Shown here: positions 35,950 through 44,998 of the stretch, in pieces
Layout of the letters: each line of letters begins with the position of its first letter
How positions within the stretch are numbered: the first letter of the stretch is position 1
NCBI GenBank assembly: GCA_030639305.1
Contig: DAOWCY010000002.1
Coordinates: 14,974 to 78,973 of the forward strand
Length of the DNA: 64,000 nucleotides
Direction: 5' to 3'
Source: Candidatus Aminicenantes bacterium
GTDB lineage: Bacteria > Acidobacteriota > Aminicenantia > UBA2199
Translations under genes and position numbers: made by a program
The notes under the pieces: model-generated
Database searches by the model: none
Seen by the model: the letters and a program-made list of their open reading frames with translations, nothing else
Told to the model about the DNA's origin: nothing

Positions 35950-37554
35950 TTATTTATCTGATTGGGACTTCTTCACAAGTTCGTTAACTTTTTTATTCAG
36001 ATCGGTGATTGTTTTCTGCTGTTCTTTAACAACCCTGGTTAAAACAGCTACGACATCCATCGGACTCATCCCTTTTCTATTTTTAGTGGCTACCAGGTCG
36101 GGAACATCTTCAGCGATGAAACCTACATGACCGTCGCTTTCATCTCTCTTATATTTGAATTTAACGGGAGTGAGCGCTTCTAAAGTGTCTATCGCTTCAG
36201 CGGCCTCGAGATTTTCGATATCTTTTTTATATTCCCGGCTGGAAGCATCTGTCCAGGTTGAACCGTCGGAAAAGGCGCCGCCGCTTAACTCGAGCAGGTG
36301 AGTGGGATTCGTTTGGCCGATGCCCACCTGGCTGTCGGTATCGATAGTCAGCACTTTGGTGGAGTTATTGACGACAAAATGTACTTTGTCGTTGGTCGCG
36401 GAACCGAATTGCGCCGCGTTTGAACCGGCGGAAATCTTAGCTGCGGCGCCGCCGGTGTTCTCGATACCGAAGGTGGCTGTAGTCGATCTCGATACATGCA
36501 AATCGTAAGTGGGGGCCCAGGTGCCTACACCTACTTTATTATCCGCCCTGAGAGTGAGAACGCTGCTGGGCGCCCCGGGCTGGATCCTGAAAGGCAGCGT
36601 GGAACCGTTGGTCACGTCGCGGATGAAGAAGTTGGTTTCATTTCCGGCTGCGTCCCAGCTCTGGGGGGCGAACCCGGACGAACCGTTCTGCTCTAAACGA
36701 AGAGTAGGAGTGTTGCCGCTGACGGCGTGGAGGTCCACCACGGGAGTGGAGGTGCCGAATCCCACCCGGCCGCCGTCATCGACATACAGGGAGTGGGTAG
36801 GGGCTCCAGCCTCGATGGAAAAAGTCCTCCTGCCGGCAGTCGAATCTTCTATGCCGAAATAAGATGCCCCGCCATTGGCGCTGTCGTTTATAACGATACG
36901 CCAATCGTTGCTGGGGAAGGACGCGGAGGAACTGGTGTCATCGAAGTGAACGCGCAGGTTATTTTCCTTTAACCTGAGGGTATCGAAACCGAAACTCTCG
37001 CCGTTCACACAGTCGAAACCGATACAGGCGCTGCCGTCTACGATGAGGTCGTCGAGAAAAACCTGGTCATCGGGTGATTCGGGGCTGCCGCCTAACGAAT
37101 TATAGGCCGGAGGATTTTTCGCTTCCATGGAGCCGCCGGTAACGATGGTCCCATGGTGAACTCTAAAAGCGCCGGACTGCACTAAGGCTTCCCGACTTTG
37201 GACGCTGCTGCCTTCCGCTCCGAAACTAACAGATGTATCGCCCTCTTTCCGCACCTGTTTACTAAAAGGGGTGACTACAAGTTCAAAGTTATAAGTACCG
37301 TCGCCGCTGTTTCCTTTGTTTTGCGAAAGATCGAAATAGGGAGTGCTCCCGGCTTCGAAGACTTTACGAAAAACCGTTCCGTCGGGCCTGGAAACAGTCA
37401 GGGTAATTTTTCCGTAAGATACTTGGGGCAGCCAACTAACTCCATAGGCGCCGACATTTACTTCGGCCACCCGGTTGGATTCCGCTGTACCTGGAAAAGC
37501 AAAGACCAACAAAAACGCTGCAAACATTAAAAAAGATTTTCTTATATTTTTCAT
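35950..37554 (-). CDS. Secreted fibre-like protein with C-terminal Peptidase_S74 intramolecular-chaperone domain (paralog 2)
   Basis: About 60% identical to paralog 1 across N-terminal, central (DDLIVDGSxCxGxDCVNGESFGFDTLRLKENNLR) and C-terminal (SSREYKKDIENLEA...GHVGFIAEDVPDLV) regions. Signal peptide present. Confidence 0.7.
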   Translation of the reverse strand: MKNIRKSFLMFAAFLLVFAFPGTAESNRVAEVNVGAYGVSWLPQVSYGKITLTVSRPDGTVFRKVFEAGSTPYFDLSQNKGNSGDGTYNFELVVTPFSKQVRKEGDTSVSFGAEGSSVQSREALVQSGAFRVHHGTIVTGGSMEAKNPPAYNSLGGSPESPDDQVFLDDLIVDGSACIGFDCVNGESFGFDTLRLKENNLRVHFDDTSSSASFPSNDWRIVINDSANGGASYFGIEDSTAGRRTFSIEAGAPTHSLYVDDGGRVGFGTSTPVVDLHAVSGNTPTLRLEQNGSSGFAPQSWDAAGNETNFFIRDVTNGSTLPFRIQPGAPSSVLTLRADNKVGVGTWAPTYDLHVSRSTTATFGIENTGGAAAKISAGSNAAQFGSATNDKVHFVVNNSTKVLTIDTDSQVGIGQTNPTHLLELSGGAFSDGSTWTDASSREYKKDIENLEAAEAIDTLEALTPVKFKYKRDESDGHVGFIAEDVPDLVATKNRKGMSPMDVVAVLTRVVKEQQKTITDLNKKVNELVKKSQSDK

Positions 37555-37582
37555 TAATTTTTCTCCTAATTACCGGCTAAAT

Positions 37583-37599
37583 ATAACCTAACTGGTTAT
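37583..37599. promoter_or_regulatory. Palindromic operator-like motif ATAACCTAACTGGTTAT (second copy)
   Basis: 30-45 nt upstream of the S74-paralog-2 start codon. Same ATAACC-N5-GGTTAT dyad and CCTAATTA flank as at 30529. Confidence 0.4.
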
Positions 37600-37831
37600 G
37601 TTTGCCGTAAGGCCCTATTATGTAATAAAAAACCCCTAATGTCAACCAAAAAAGTAAACTTTTTTTTAAAATTAATTTTTACCGTTAATTCCTGCTCGTG
37701 TGATTGACATTGTTCCTCTCTTTTTTATATAATAAAGAAAAAGATTTAGGAGGCATACGATTAAAAAACATAATAATTCTATAATACTATTAATAGTAGC
37801 TGCAGCGGCATTCGTTTTTTTACTACTACCC

Positions 37832-37927
37832 CGTGAAAGTTTGCTAAAAAAACAAGCTTTTGGGTCAACGTGGTCGAAGATGCTTTCCCCAGGCCCCTCA
37901 TGGGCTGCGGGCACCGCCCGCTTCTTG
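37832..37927 (+). repeat. Family-D repeat copy overlapping the annotated 5' end of the TPR/FG-GAP gene
   Basis: TTTGGGTCAACGTGGTCGAAGATGCTTTCCCCAGGCCCCTCATGGGCTGCGGGCACCGCCCG is homologous to 35735 and 25751. Confidence 0.75.
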
Positions 37928-40900
37928 TTTATAGGTTCCTCAGCGAAAGGTGAAAAAGAACTCGATGCGGCGGCAGTTGCCGCCAACAACCGTGGCGCTG
38001 CCCTGATGGGGCAATTCGATTACGAGGCAGCGAGGCAGGTATTCGAGAAACTGGCGCGAAAGTATCCCCGCAATTGGGACATACAGGTCAACCTGGCTAT
38101 CGCGACTCTTAACCGTCAGAAAGAGGGCGATGAGAAAACAGCCCTAAGCCTGTTGGAAAAGGTACTGAAAAACGACGGGGAGCACCTGCGCGCCCGCTAT
38201 TGCTGCGGTTTGTTGGAGCTGCATGGGGGGCGACCGGATAAAGCCCTCGGTTATCTCCAGGCCGTTTTAAAAACAGACCCGGGAGACGCGGAAGCGATCT
38301 ATTTCACCGGCAATACGCTTACGCAGCTTTCTCGCCATAAAGAGGCGCTCGGCTTTTTTAATCGTACTATTGCCGCCGATCCTTATATCCGCAGCGCTTA
38401 TTACGGCAAAGTCATGGCCCTGAGACAATTAGGGAGAACGGACGAAGCCTATGCCGTGATGGAGGAATTTCAGCGTCTGAAACATAATCCCCGCACCCGC
38501 CTTATAGAGTTCAAGTATACCAGGATGGGCCGCAAGGCAGAGGCGCTGGCCGTCGATTTTCCGCATCCGCCGGCAGCGAAAAAACCTGTCGGCCCGCTGT
38601 TTAACCCGGTAGAAAGGATTGCCGGTAATAAAGAAATAAAATGGCGGCGCACCGCGGCACAGGGCGCACCGGCGCGTCCCGGTATCACCATATGTGACAT
38701 TAACGGCGACGGCAGCCCTGATATATTTATTCCCGGGGCAATCGAAGTGCCTGCCGGGATCGGTAATGCCCTACTGCTTGGGAATCCCGCCGGGAAGTAT
38801 ACCATAGACACGGGGCATCCCCTGGCCGGCGTTACCGCGGTCAATGCCGCTCTCTGGGGCGATGTAAACAACGACGGTTTCGTTGACGTCTACCTCTGCC
38901 GTCATGGAGCAAACCGGCTTTTTTACCGGGATGCGACGGGCAGTTGGCAGGACGTCACCGCTGAAACCCAAACCGCCAATGGCAGTTTCGACACTGTGGA
39001 CGGCGCTTTAATCGACGCCGACCACGACGGCGACTTAGATATTTTCCCGGTAAACGCTAACGGCCCCAATGAGCTCCTCAACAACAACCGCGACGGCACT
39101 TTCCGGCCCCTGGCCGCCAAATACGGCCTGGGCGGTAACGGCGCTCCCTCTAAGTCGATCGTCGTTACCGACTTAGATGCCGACCGTGATGCGGATTTGA
39201 TTATTATTAACGAACGCCCGCCCCACGAAGTATACGAAAACCGGCTCCTCTGGGAATACCGGCCGGCAAAAGGATTCAAGGCATTCACCGCGGCGGATAT
39301 CGGCGCAGCCGCGGCCGGGGATGTGGACGCCGACGGCAGTATAGAGATATATACCCTGGATACGAAAGGGATTCTTTATCGCTGGCAGCCGAAGACAGGC
39401 AATACCTGGGCAGGAGAAGCCCTAAACAAAGAAACCGGACCTAAAAAAACCGGTACGGAACCCCCGTGGCAGCCCCGCTTAGCGCTGTTAGATGCGGATG
39501 GTGACGGTGTGCTGGACGTCTTCTTGTCCGGCCCTAACGGGCTGTGGGCGGCCTCCTTTACCGGCGCCGGTCTGGAACCGCTTTTTTTGACAGCGGGGCA
39601 AAAAGAGAAAAACAAAGCCGCTGCCTGGGCTGTTTTCCGCTCTTCTAAGGGGCCTGTTCTATTCGGCTGGTCGCCGGGCGAGCCTCCTTTTTTCAGGCCG
39701 CCCGGGCCCGGCAGGTATTCCTTTGCTGCTTTGGAACTATCAGGTAAAGAGAACCCGGATTCCCAGTGGCGTTCCAATGCATCGGGGATCGGCACACGAT
39801 TGTCGGTGCGTGTGGATTCGCGCTGGACGGTGTTGGATACGTTCCGCAGCCACTCAGGTCCGGGCCAGGGGCTGCAGCCCGTAGTAGTAGGGCTGCGCGG
39901 GGCAAAGCGTATCGACTTCGTGACCATCGACTGGCCTGACGGAGTGCTGCAAACCGAACTTAGCCTGAAAGCAGGAAAAACCCATCGTATTTTTGAGACC
40001 CAGCGCCAGTTATCCAGTTGTCCCGTGCTCTTTGCCTGGAACGGGAAAGAATTTGCTTTTGTCAGCGATATACTTGGCGTAGGCGGAATAGGCTATGCGT
40101 TGGCGCCCGGGGAATACTCCGAACCGCGGCCCTGGGAACGTTTTTTGCTGCCCCCCGGCCTAATGCAGCCGCGCAGTGGACGCTTGCTAATCAAGCTGAT
40201 GGAACCCATGGAAGAAGTGGCCTATATAGATGCAGTACGGTTGAAAGCATACGATTTGCCGCCCGGTTGGTCTATGGCTTTAGATGAGCGAATGGGAATC
40301 AGCCCGCCTCTGCCCACGGGACGCTCTATTTTCTATCGAAACATATCGCTACCCCTGGCGGTGACAAACGAGCGCGGCGCGGATGTGACCGCGGCTGTAA
40401 TAAAGCGGGATTTGCATGCAGCGCCTTTAGGAAAATTAGACCGGCGTTTCATCGGTAGGCTCGAGCAGGATCACGTGCTGACTATTACTTTTCCCCGGTC
40501 ATTAGATAGCTGGTCCGGTCAGGCTGTCCTGCTGGTTGACGGTTGGGTAGAGTACCCTTATTCGCAGACCAATTTTGCCGCCTGGCAGGCCGGGGCGGAT
40601 TACCGCGCTCCTACGATCGAAGTGCGCCGGCCTGACGGTTCATGGATACCGGTCCTGGAACAATTCGGTTACCCGGCGGGTATGCCGCGCCGGATGGCCG
40701 TGCCGCTGCCCCCTCTGCCGGGGGGCGTTCGCCAAATTCGCCTCAGCACCAACCAGGAAATCTACTGGGACCGGCTGGCAGTTGTTTTTGCCGAAACCTG
40801 TCCCCGGGTGGAAGATCGAGAATTGGTTTTAGCTTCGGCACGACTGGAACAGGTTGGATTTCCGCAGCGAACAGATGGGGAGCAGCGCCTTCCTTTTTAT

Positions 40901-41245
40901 GATTTTGGGAAACGCAGCCCCTTTTGGGACACGCGCCGTCCGGAAGGATTTTATACCCGGTTCGGCGGTATCGAAGCATTAGTAGAGAGCAAAGATAATG
41001 CTCTCGCTATTTTCGGCCCGGGGGAGGGCATGCACATAGAGTTCAGGGAGCCGGGAACGCCTGTCGAGAAGGGTTGGACCCGGGTTTATGTATTGGAAAC
41101 CGACGGTTGGTGCAAAGACATGGATATTTATACGCGAAGCGGCGACACGATAGAACCGGTGCCCCATACAGGGAAACGCACTGCCCACGCGGACAGCCTG
41201 CATCGTTTGTACAATATTAGGTATCACGGTGGAGGAGAACGTTAA
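37879..41245 (+). CDS. TPR-repeat plus FG-GAP/VCBS-repeat protein with a C-terminal ASPIC/UnbV-like region (CRTAC1 family). Start uncertain.
   Basis: N-terminal TPRs (aa 40-200), then DxDxDG repeats (CDINGDGSPDIFI, GDVNNDGFVDVYL, DADHDGDLDIF, DLDADRDADLIII). The first in-frame ATG (37879) lies inside a repeat, so the true start may be downstream (TTG near 37924 or ATG near 38002). Confidence 0.7.
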
Positions 41246-41303
41246 TGCCTCCGGCGGCCCTGCCGGGGGCCAAACTTTTGAAAAAGTTTGAACAAAACTT
41301 CTG
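41246..41303 (+). repeat. Short family-A element (GCCTCCGGCGGCCCTGCCGGGGGCCAAACTTTTGAAAAAGTTTGAACAAAACTT) straight after a stop codon
   Basis: Near-identical to 49990-50050, 60472-60530 and 54229-54290. Two stable hairpins. Confidence 0.9.
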
Positions 41304-41399
41304 ATTAGCAATACGCCTGTCTACCCTGATATACGCCCACAGTTGGCTTCCTGCGATGACAGCCAACGATAGGCGCTCGAGTAACAGGAAAGCGTATCG

Positions 41400-41480
41400 C
41401 TCATTAAAAGTTTTTGGAAGTCCAGAAACCTTTTTTCAAAAAGGTTTTTGGTCGCCGAAGGCAATATTTGAGGTTTTGAA
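41400..41480. repeat. Intergenic repeat copy (AAAAGTTTTTGGAAG / GGTCGCCGAAGGCAA modules)
   Basis: Matches 13985-14060 and 19838-19880. Confidence 0.65.
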
Positions 41481-41521
41481 AAAAGCTTGACAACGTCCTT
41501 ATAAGCTATTAAAATGTACAG

Positions 41522-43315
41522 ATGAACAAAGCAAATAACAAGACACACAAAAGAAACAAAAAATCGCTAATAATAAGTATATTTCCAGCGCTGATTTTGT
41601 GCGCCGCACTGCATGAAACAATTACGCTGCATGCGGCAGGGCCAGCGCCGAAGGAAGCGCCCCTGTTCACAGATATCGCTAAAAAATCGGGCCTGGATTT
41701 CGTTCACTTCAACGGTATGTGCGGGGAGTACTATTTTCCTGAAATGACAGGCCAGGGCGGTGGTTTTTTCGATTATGACAACGACGGCGACCTGGACGTA
41801 TATCTCATCCAGGGCAATAAATTAGGGTCGGATAAAACCTTTAAAGACGCTCTCTATCCACCTCGCGATCCCAATCCCCGGGACCGCCTGTTCCGCAACG
41901 ACCTCACTATAGACGCCAAAGGCAAAAGAACCATACGCTTCGTAGACGTGACCGATAAAAGCGGACTGCGGATGACCGGCTACGGGATGGGCGTTGCTGC
42001 CGGAGATTTTAATAACGACGGCTGGATAGACCTTTATATCACAAATTACGGCGCTAACCGCATGTTGTTCAATAAAGGTAACGGGACTTTCGTCGATGTA
42101 ACCGAAAAGAGCGGCACCGGCGACACTCTCTGGGGCGCCAGCGCCGCCGTGTTCGATTATGACCGCGACGGCTGGCTCGACCTGTATGTGGCCAACTATG
42201 TCTATTTCGATGTGAATGGGAATAAGAAGTGCTTTGCCAGGAGCAGCCGCCGTGATTACTGCGGCCCCGCTTCTTTCCCACCCCAAAAAGACCGCTTCTA
42301 TCACAACAAAGGAGACGGCACGTTTGAAGATGTCACCGACAAAATGCTGGTCAACTACCATCCCGGGGCAGGGTTGGGGCTCATTGTTTTAGATGTAAAC
42401 AGCGATGGCTGGTTAGACCTTTATGTTGCCAATGACGGCCACCCGAACCAACTCTGGATAAATGATAAAGGCAAACTCTTTAGAAACGATGCCCTGTTCG
42501 CCGGCGCGGCCTTGAACCAAAACGGATCGGCAGAAGCCAGCATGGGAGTGACCGCGGGAGATTTCGACAACGATGGTGATGAAGACCTATTCATGACTCA
42601 CCTGATGGGCGAAACCAACACACTGCAAGTCAATAACGGTAAGGGCCTTTTCGAAGACCGCACCATCGCCACGGGGCTTTCTGCCGTCAGTTTCCCTTTT
42701 ACCTCCTTTGGAACCGGCTGGGTCGATTACGATAATGACGGCTGGTTGGATATTCTTCTCGTCAGCGGGGCCGTGCGCATCATCGAGAGCCTGGCAGCGG
42801 CGGGAGATCCGTATCCTATCCACCAGCCCAATAAATTGTTCCACAGCGAAGGCGGTAAAAAGTTCACCGAAGCTACTGCCCGGGCCGGTAAGGAATTCGT
42901 CCTTTCGGAAGTGAGCCGCGGCGCAGCTTTCGGCGACGTGGACAATGACGGCGACACCGATGTGCTGGTATGCAATAACAACGGCCCCACCCGGCTGCTC
43001 CGCAACAACCGGGGACAGCAAAACAAATGGTTAGGGCTGCGCTTGATGGATGCAAAAAAAAAACGCGACCTGCCGGGCACTTTTGTGGGCTTAAAACGAA
43101 AAGGAAAACCTACACTGTGGCGGCGGGTGCGAACCGAGGGCAGCTACTGTTCCACTAACGATCCCCGCATCCTATTCGGCCTGGGCGAAAGCGCTGCTGT
43201 GGATGCCGTAGAAATTTTTTGGCCGGACGGTACAAAAGAAGTTTGGCAGAAACCTGCGCCCATGAAATACACCACCCTGTGGAAAGGAGCAGTAAACAAG
43301 AAGGAGACACCATGA
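41522..43315 (+). CDS. Secreted FG-GAP/VCBS-repeat protein with ASPIC/UnbV C-terminal domain (CRTAC1 family)
   Basis: Signal peptide. Seven DxDxDG-type repeats (DYDNDGDLDVY, GDFNNDGWIDLY, DYDRDGWLDLY, DVNSDGWLDLY, GDFDNDGDEDLF, DYDNDGWLDIL, GDVDNDGDTDVL). C-terminus LGLRLMD...VEIFWPDG is the ASPIC/UnbV signature. Confidence 0.8.
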   Translation: MNKANNKTHKRNKKSLIISIFPALILCAALHETITLHAAGPAPKEAPLFTDIAKKSGLDFVHFNGMCGEYYFPEMTGQGGGFFDYDNDGDLDVYLIQGNKLGSDKTFKDALYPPRDPNPRDRLFRNDLTIDAKGKRTIRFVDVTDKSGLRMTGYGMGVAAGDFNNDGWIDLYITNYGANRMLFNKGNGTFVDVTEKSGTGDTLWGASAAVFDYDRDGWLDLYVANYVYFDVNGNKKCFARSSRRDYCGPASFPPQKDRFYHNKGDGTFEDVTDKMLVNYHPGAGLGLIVLDVNSDGWLDLYVANDGHPNQLWINDKGKLFRNDALFAGAALNQNGSAEASMGVTAGDFDNDGDEDLFMTHLMGETNTLQVNNGKGLFEDRTIATGLSAVSFPFTSFGTGWVDYDNDGWLDILLVSGAVRIIESLAAAGDPYPIHQPNKLFHSEGGKKFTEATARAGKEFVLSEVSRGAAFGDVDNDGDTDVLVCNNNGPTRLLRNNRGQQNKWLGLRLMDAKKKRDLPGTFVGLKRKGKPTLWRRVRTEGSYCSTNDPRILFGLGESAAVDAVEIFWPDGTKEVWQKPAPMKYTTLWKGAVNKKETP

Positions 43316-44946
43316 AACGATTACCTGTTTCTATTCCAGTGCTGTTAATTTTTGCCCTATCTTTTTTTCCCCCGGCTGAGCCGGTGGGATTAAAGGGACA
43401 GGCAGCTCCCACCGGGCAAAACAAAAAGGGTTCTGCACCGGCAGAGGGTTTAATACCGGTGCCGACGCCTCAATTGCAGCATCTCGAAAAAGCGGTAAGC
43501 GATCAACTTCGCGAAGGGAGAAGAATGGTAGACGCTGTTGTCCGAACTGCTTCGGTAAGCCTGGAAGAACGGGCCCGGGCCTATTGCGATCTCGGACAAC
43601 TGTACCACGCCTACAAACTGACCGATGCCGCGGAGGCCTGTTATCGCAATGCCGTATTCCTGGCCCCCTCTACTTATGAGTGGAACTACTGCCTGGCCTC
43701 TCTGCTGCAATCGCTGGGCAAATATTCGGAAGCGCTGGAATTCTACCGGCAGGCCGACGCCATGGAAAAGAAACCTATCCTGGTCTATTTAGTAAAAATA
43801 CGAATTGGGGAATGTTATCTAAACCTCAACCGATCCGGCCTGGCAAAACAGGCTTTCGAAGCTGCTTCCCTGGTAAAGCCGCAGGGCGCGGCGGTGCAGG
43901 CAAGACTGGGCGAAACGGCGCTGCGGGAAAAACGGTTTGACGACGCCATTCGCTATTTCCAATCAGCCCTAAAAACTCAGCCGGATGCGAATAAACTATT
44001 CTACTCATTAGGCATGGCTTATAGAGGTAAAGGGGATATGGAACAGGCCCGTCTCCATCTCTCTAAGTACGGTAAGGTAGGTATCCAGCCCCCGGATCCC
44101 TTAAAAAAACGCCTGGAAAAGTTGATACAAGGTTACCGGGTCCATTTACTGGCAGGTAGGCTGGCCTATGCCGCCGGACGCTATGTGGAAGCTGCCGAGG
44201 AATTCCGCAAGGCAGTGGAGGCTAACCCCCAAAAAGCAGCGGGGAAAATAAACCTGGGCTCTACCCTGGGATATTTAGGGAAGTACCGCGAAGCGACTAC
44301 CTTTTTCCAGGCTGCGCTGCAAATAGCGCCGGACAATGTGACGGCTCATTTCAACTTAGGCGCCATCTACAGGTATCTCGGCAATTATGATACAGCGATA
44401 AAACATTTACAGGTGGTTGTTGAAAAAAGTCCAAAGGATGCGAAAGCCCATTTGACGCTGGCCGATGCCCTGCAGGAAAACCGCCGGTTGGAGAAAGCTT
44501 TTGAACACTACCGGGCTGCCCGCAAACTCGATCCCGGGATGACTTCGCCCTGGATCAACATAAGTCAGTTGTCCTCTTTAGCCGGCCGGTACGACGAGGC
44601 GCTGCAAGTATTGGAGGATGCCTATTCCCGTATGCCCCACAATGGGCCTATAGCGCATGCCCTGGCCCACCGATTGGCCGCCTCGCCCGATGGGAGCAAG
44701 CGGCAGGGAGAGCGAGCGTTAGAATTGGCATTAAAAGTTTACCGGGTCAGGCAAAACTACGAATATGCCAGGACTGTGGCCATGGCCTATGCTGAGTTGA
44801 ACCGCTGCGAAAAAGCGATAGAGTGGATGGAAGTGGCTATAGAGTTGGCGGCAGGTTCTCCGCAAGCGGGTTCCGTATTGAAAGTTTTGCAGCGTAATCT
44901 GGCCCATTTCAAGAGCAAACGCCCCTGCCGGGTGCCGGCAAAATAG
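43312..44946 (+). CDS. Secreted TPR-repeat protein
   Basis: Start ATG 43312 overlaps the upstream stop (ATGA). Signal peptide MKRLPVSIPVLLIFALSFF. At least 8 TPR-like units (AEACYRNAVFLAP.., ALEFYRQA.., AFEHYRAARKLDP..). Confidence 0.7.
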   Translation: MKRLPVSIPVLLIFALSFFPPAEPVGLKGQAAPTGQNKKGSAPAEGLIPVPTPQLQHLEKAVSDQLREGRRMVDAVVRTASVSLEERARAYCDLGQLYHAYKLTDAAEACYRNAVFLAPSTYEWNYCLASLLQSLGKYSEALEFYRQADAMEKKPILVYLVKIRIGECYLNLNRSGLAKQAFEAASLVKPQGAAVQARLGETALREKRFDDAIRYFQSALKTQPDANKLFYSLGMAYRGKGDMEQARLHLSKYGKVGIQPPDPLKKRLEKLIQGYRVHLLAGRLAYAAGRYVEAAEEFRKAVEANPQKAAGKINLGSTLGYLGKYREATTFFQAALQIAPDNVTAHFNLGAIYRYLGNYDTAIKHLQVVVEKSPKDAKAHLTLADALQENRRLEKAFEHYRAARKLDPGMTSPWINISQLSSLAGRYDEALQVLEDAYSRMPHNGPIAHALAHRLAASPDGSKRQGERALELALKVYRVRQNYEYARTVAMAYAELNRCEKAIEWMEVAIELAAGSPQAGSVLKVLQRNLAHFKSKRPCRVPAK

Positions 44947-44998
44947 CCCTGGGGATTCATTACCTTCTTTCTAAACCAGGGATTTCTCTTATCATTTT

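Noticed and set aside
33800-37554. Prophage or phage tail cluster, suggested by the two tail-fibre-type S74 C-terminal domains.
   Set aside because: No capsid, terminase, portal, integrase, tail tube or baseplate genes are present. Both proteins carry Sec signal peptides, which is atypical for phage fibres. Neighbours are host-type surface proteins. They are more likely host-encoded secreted fibres.
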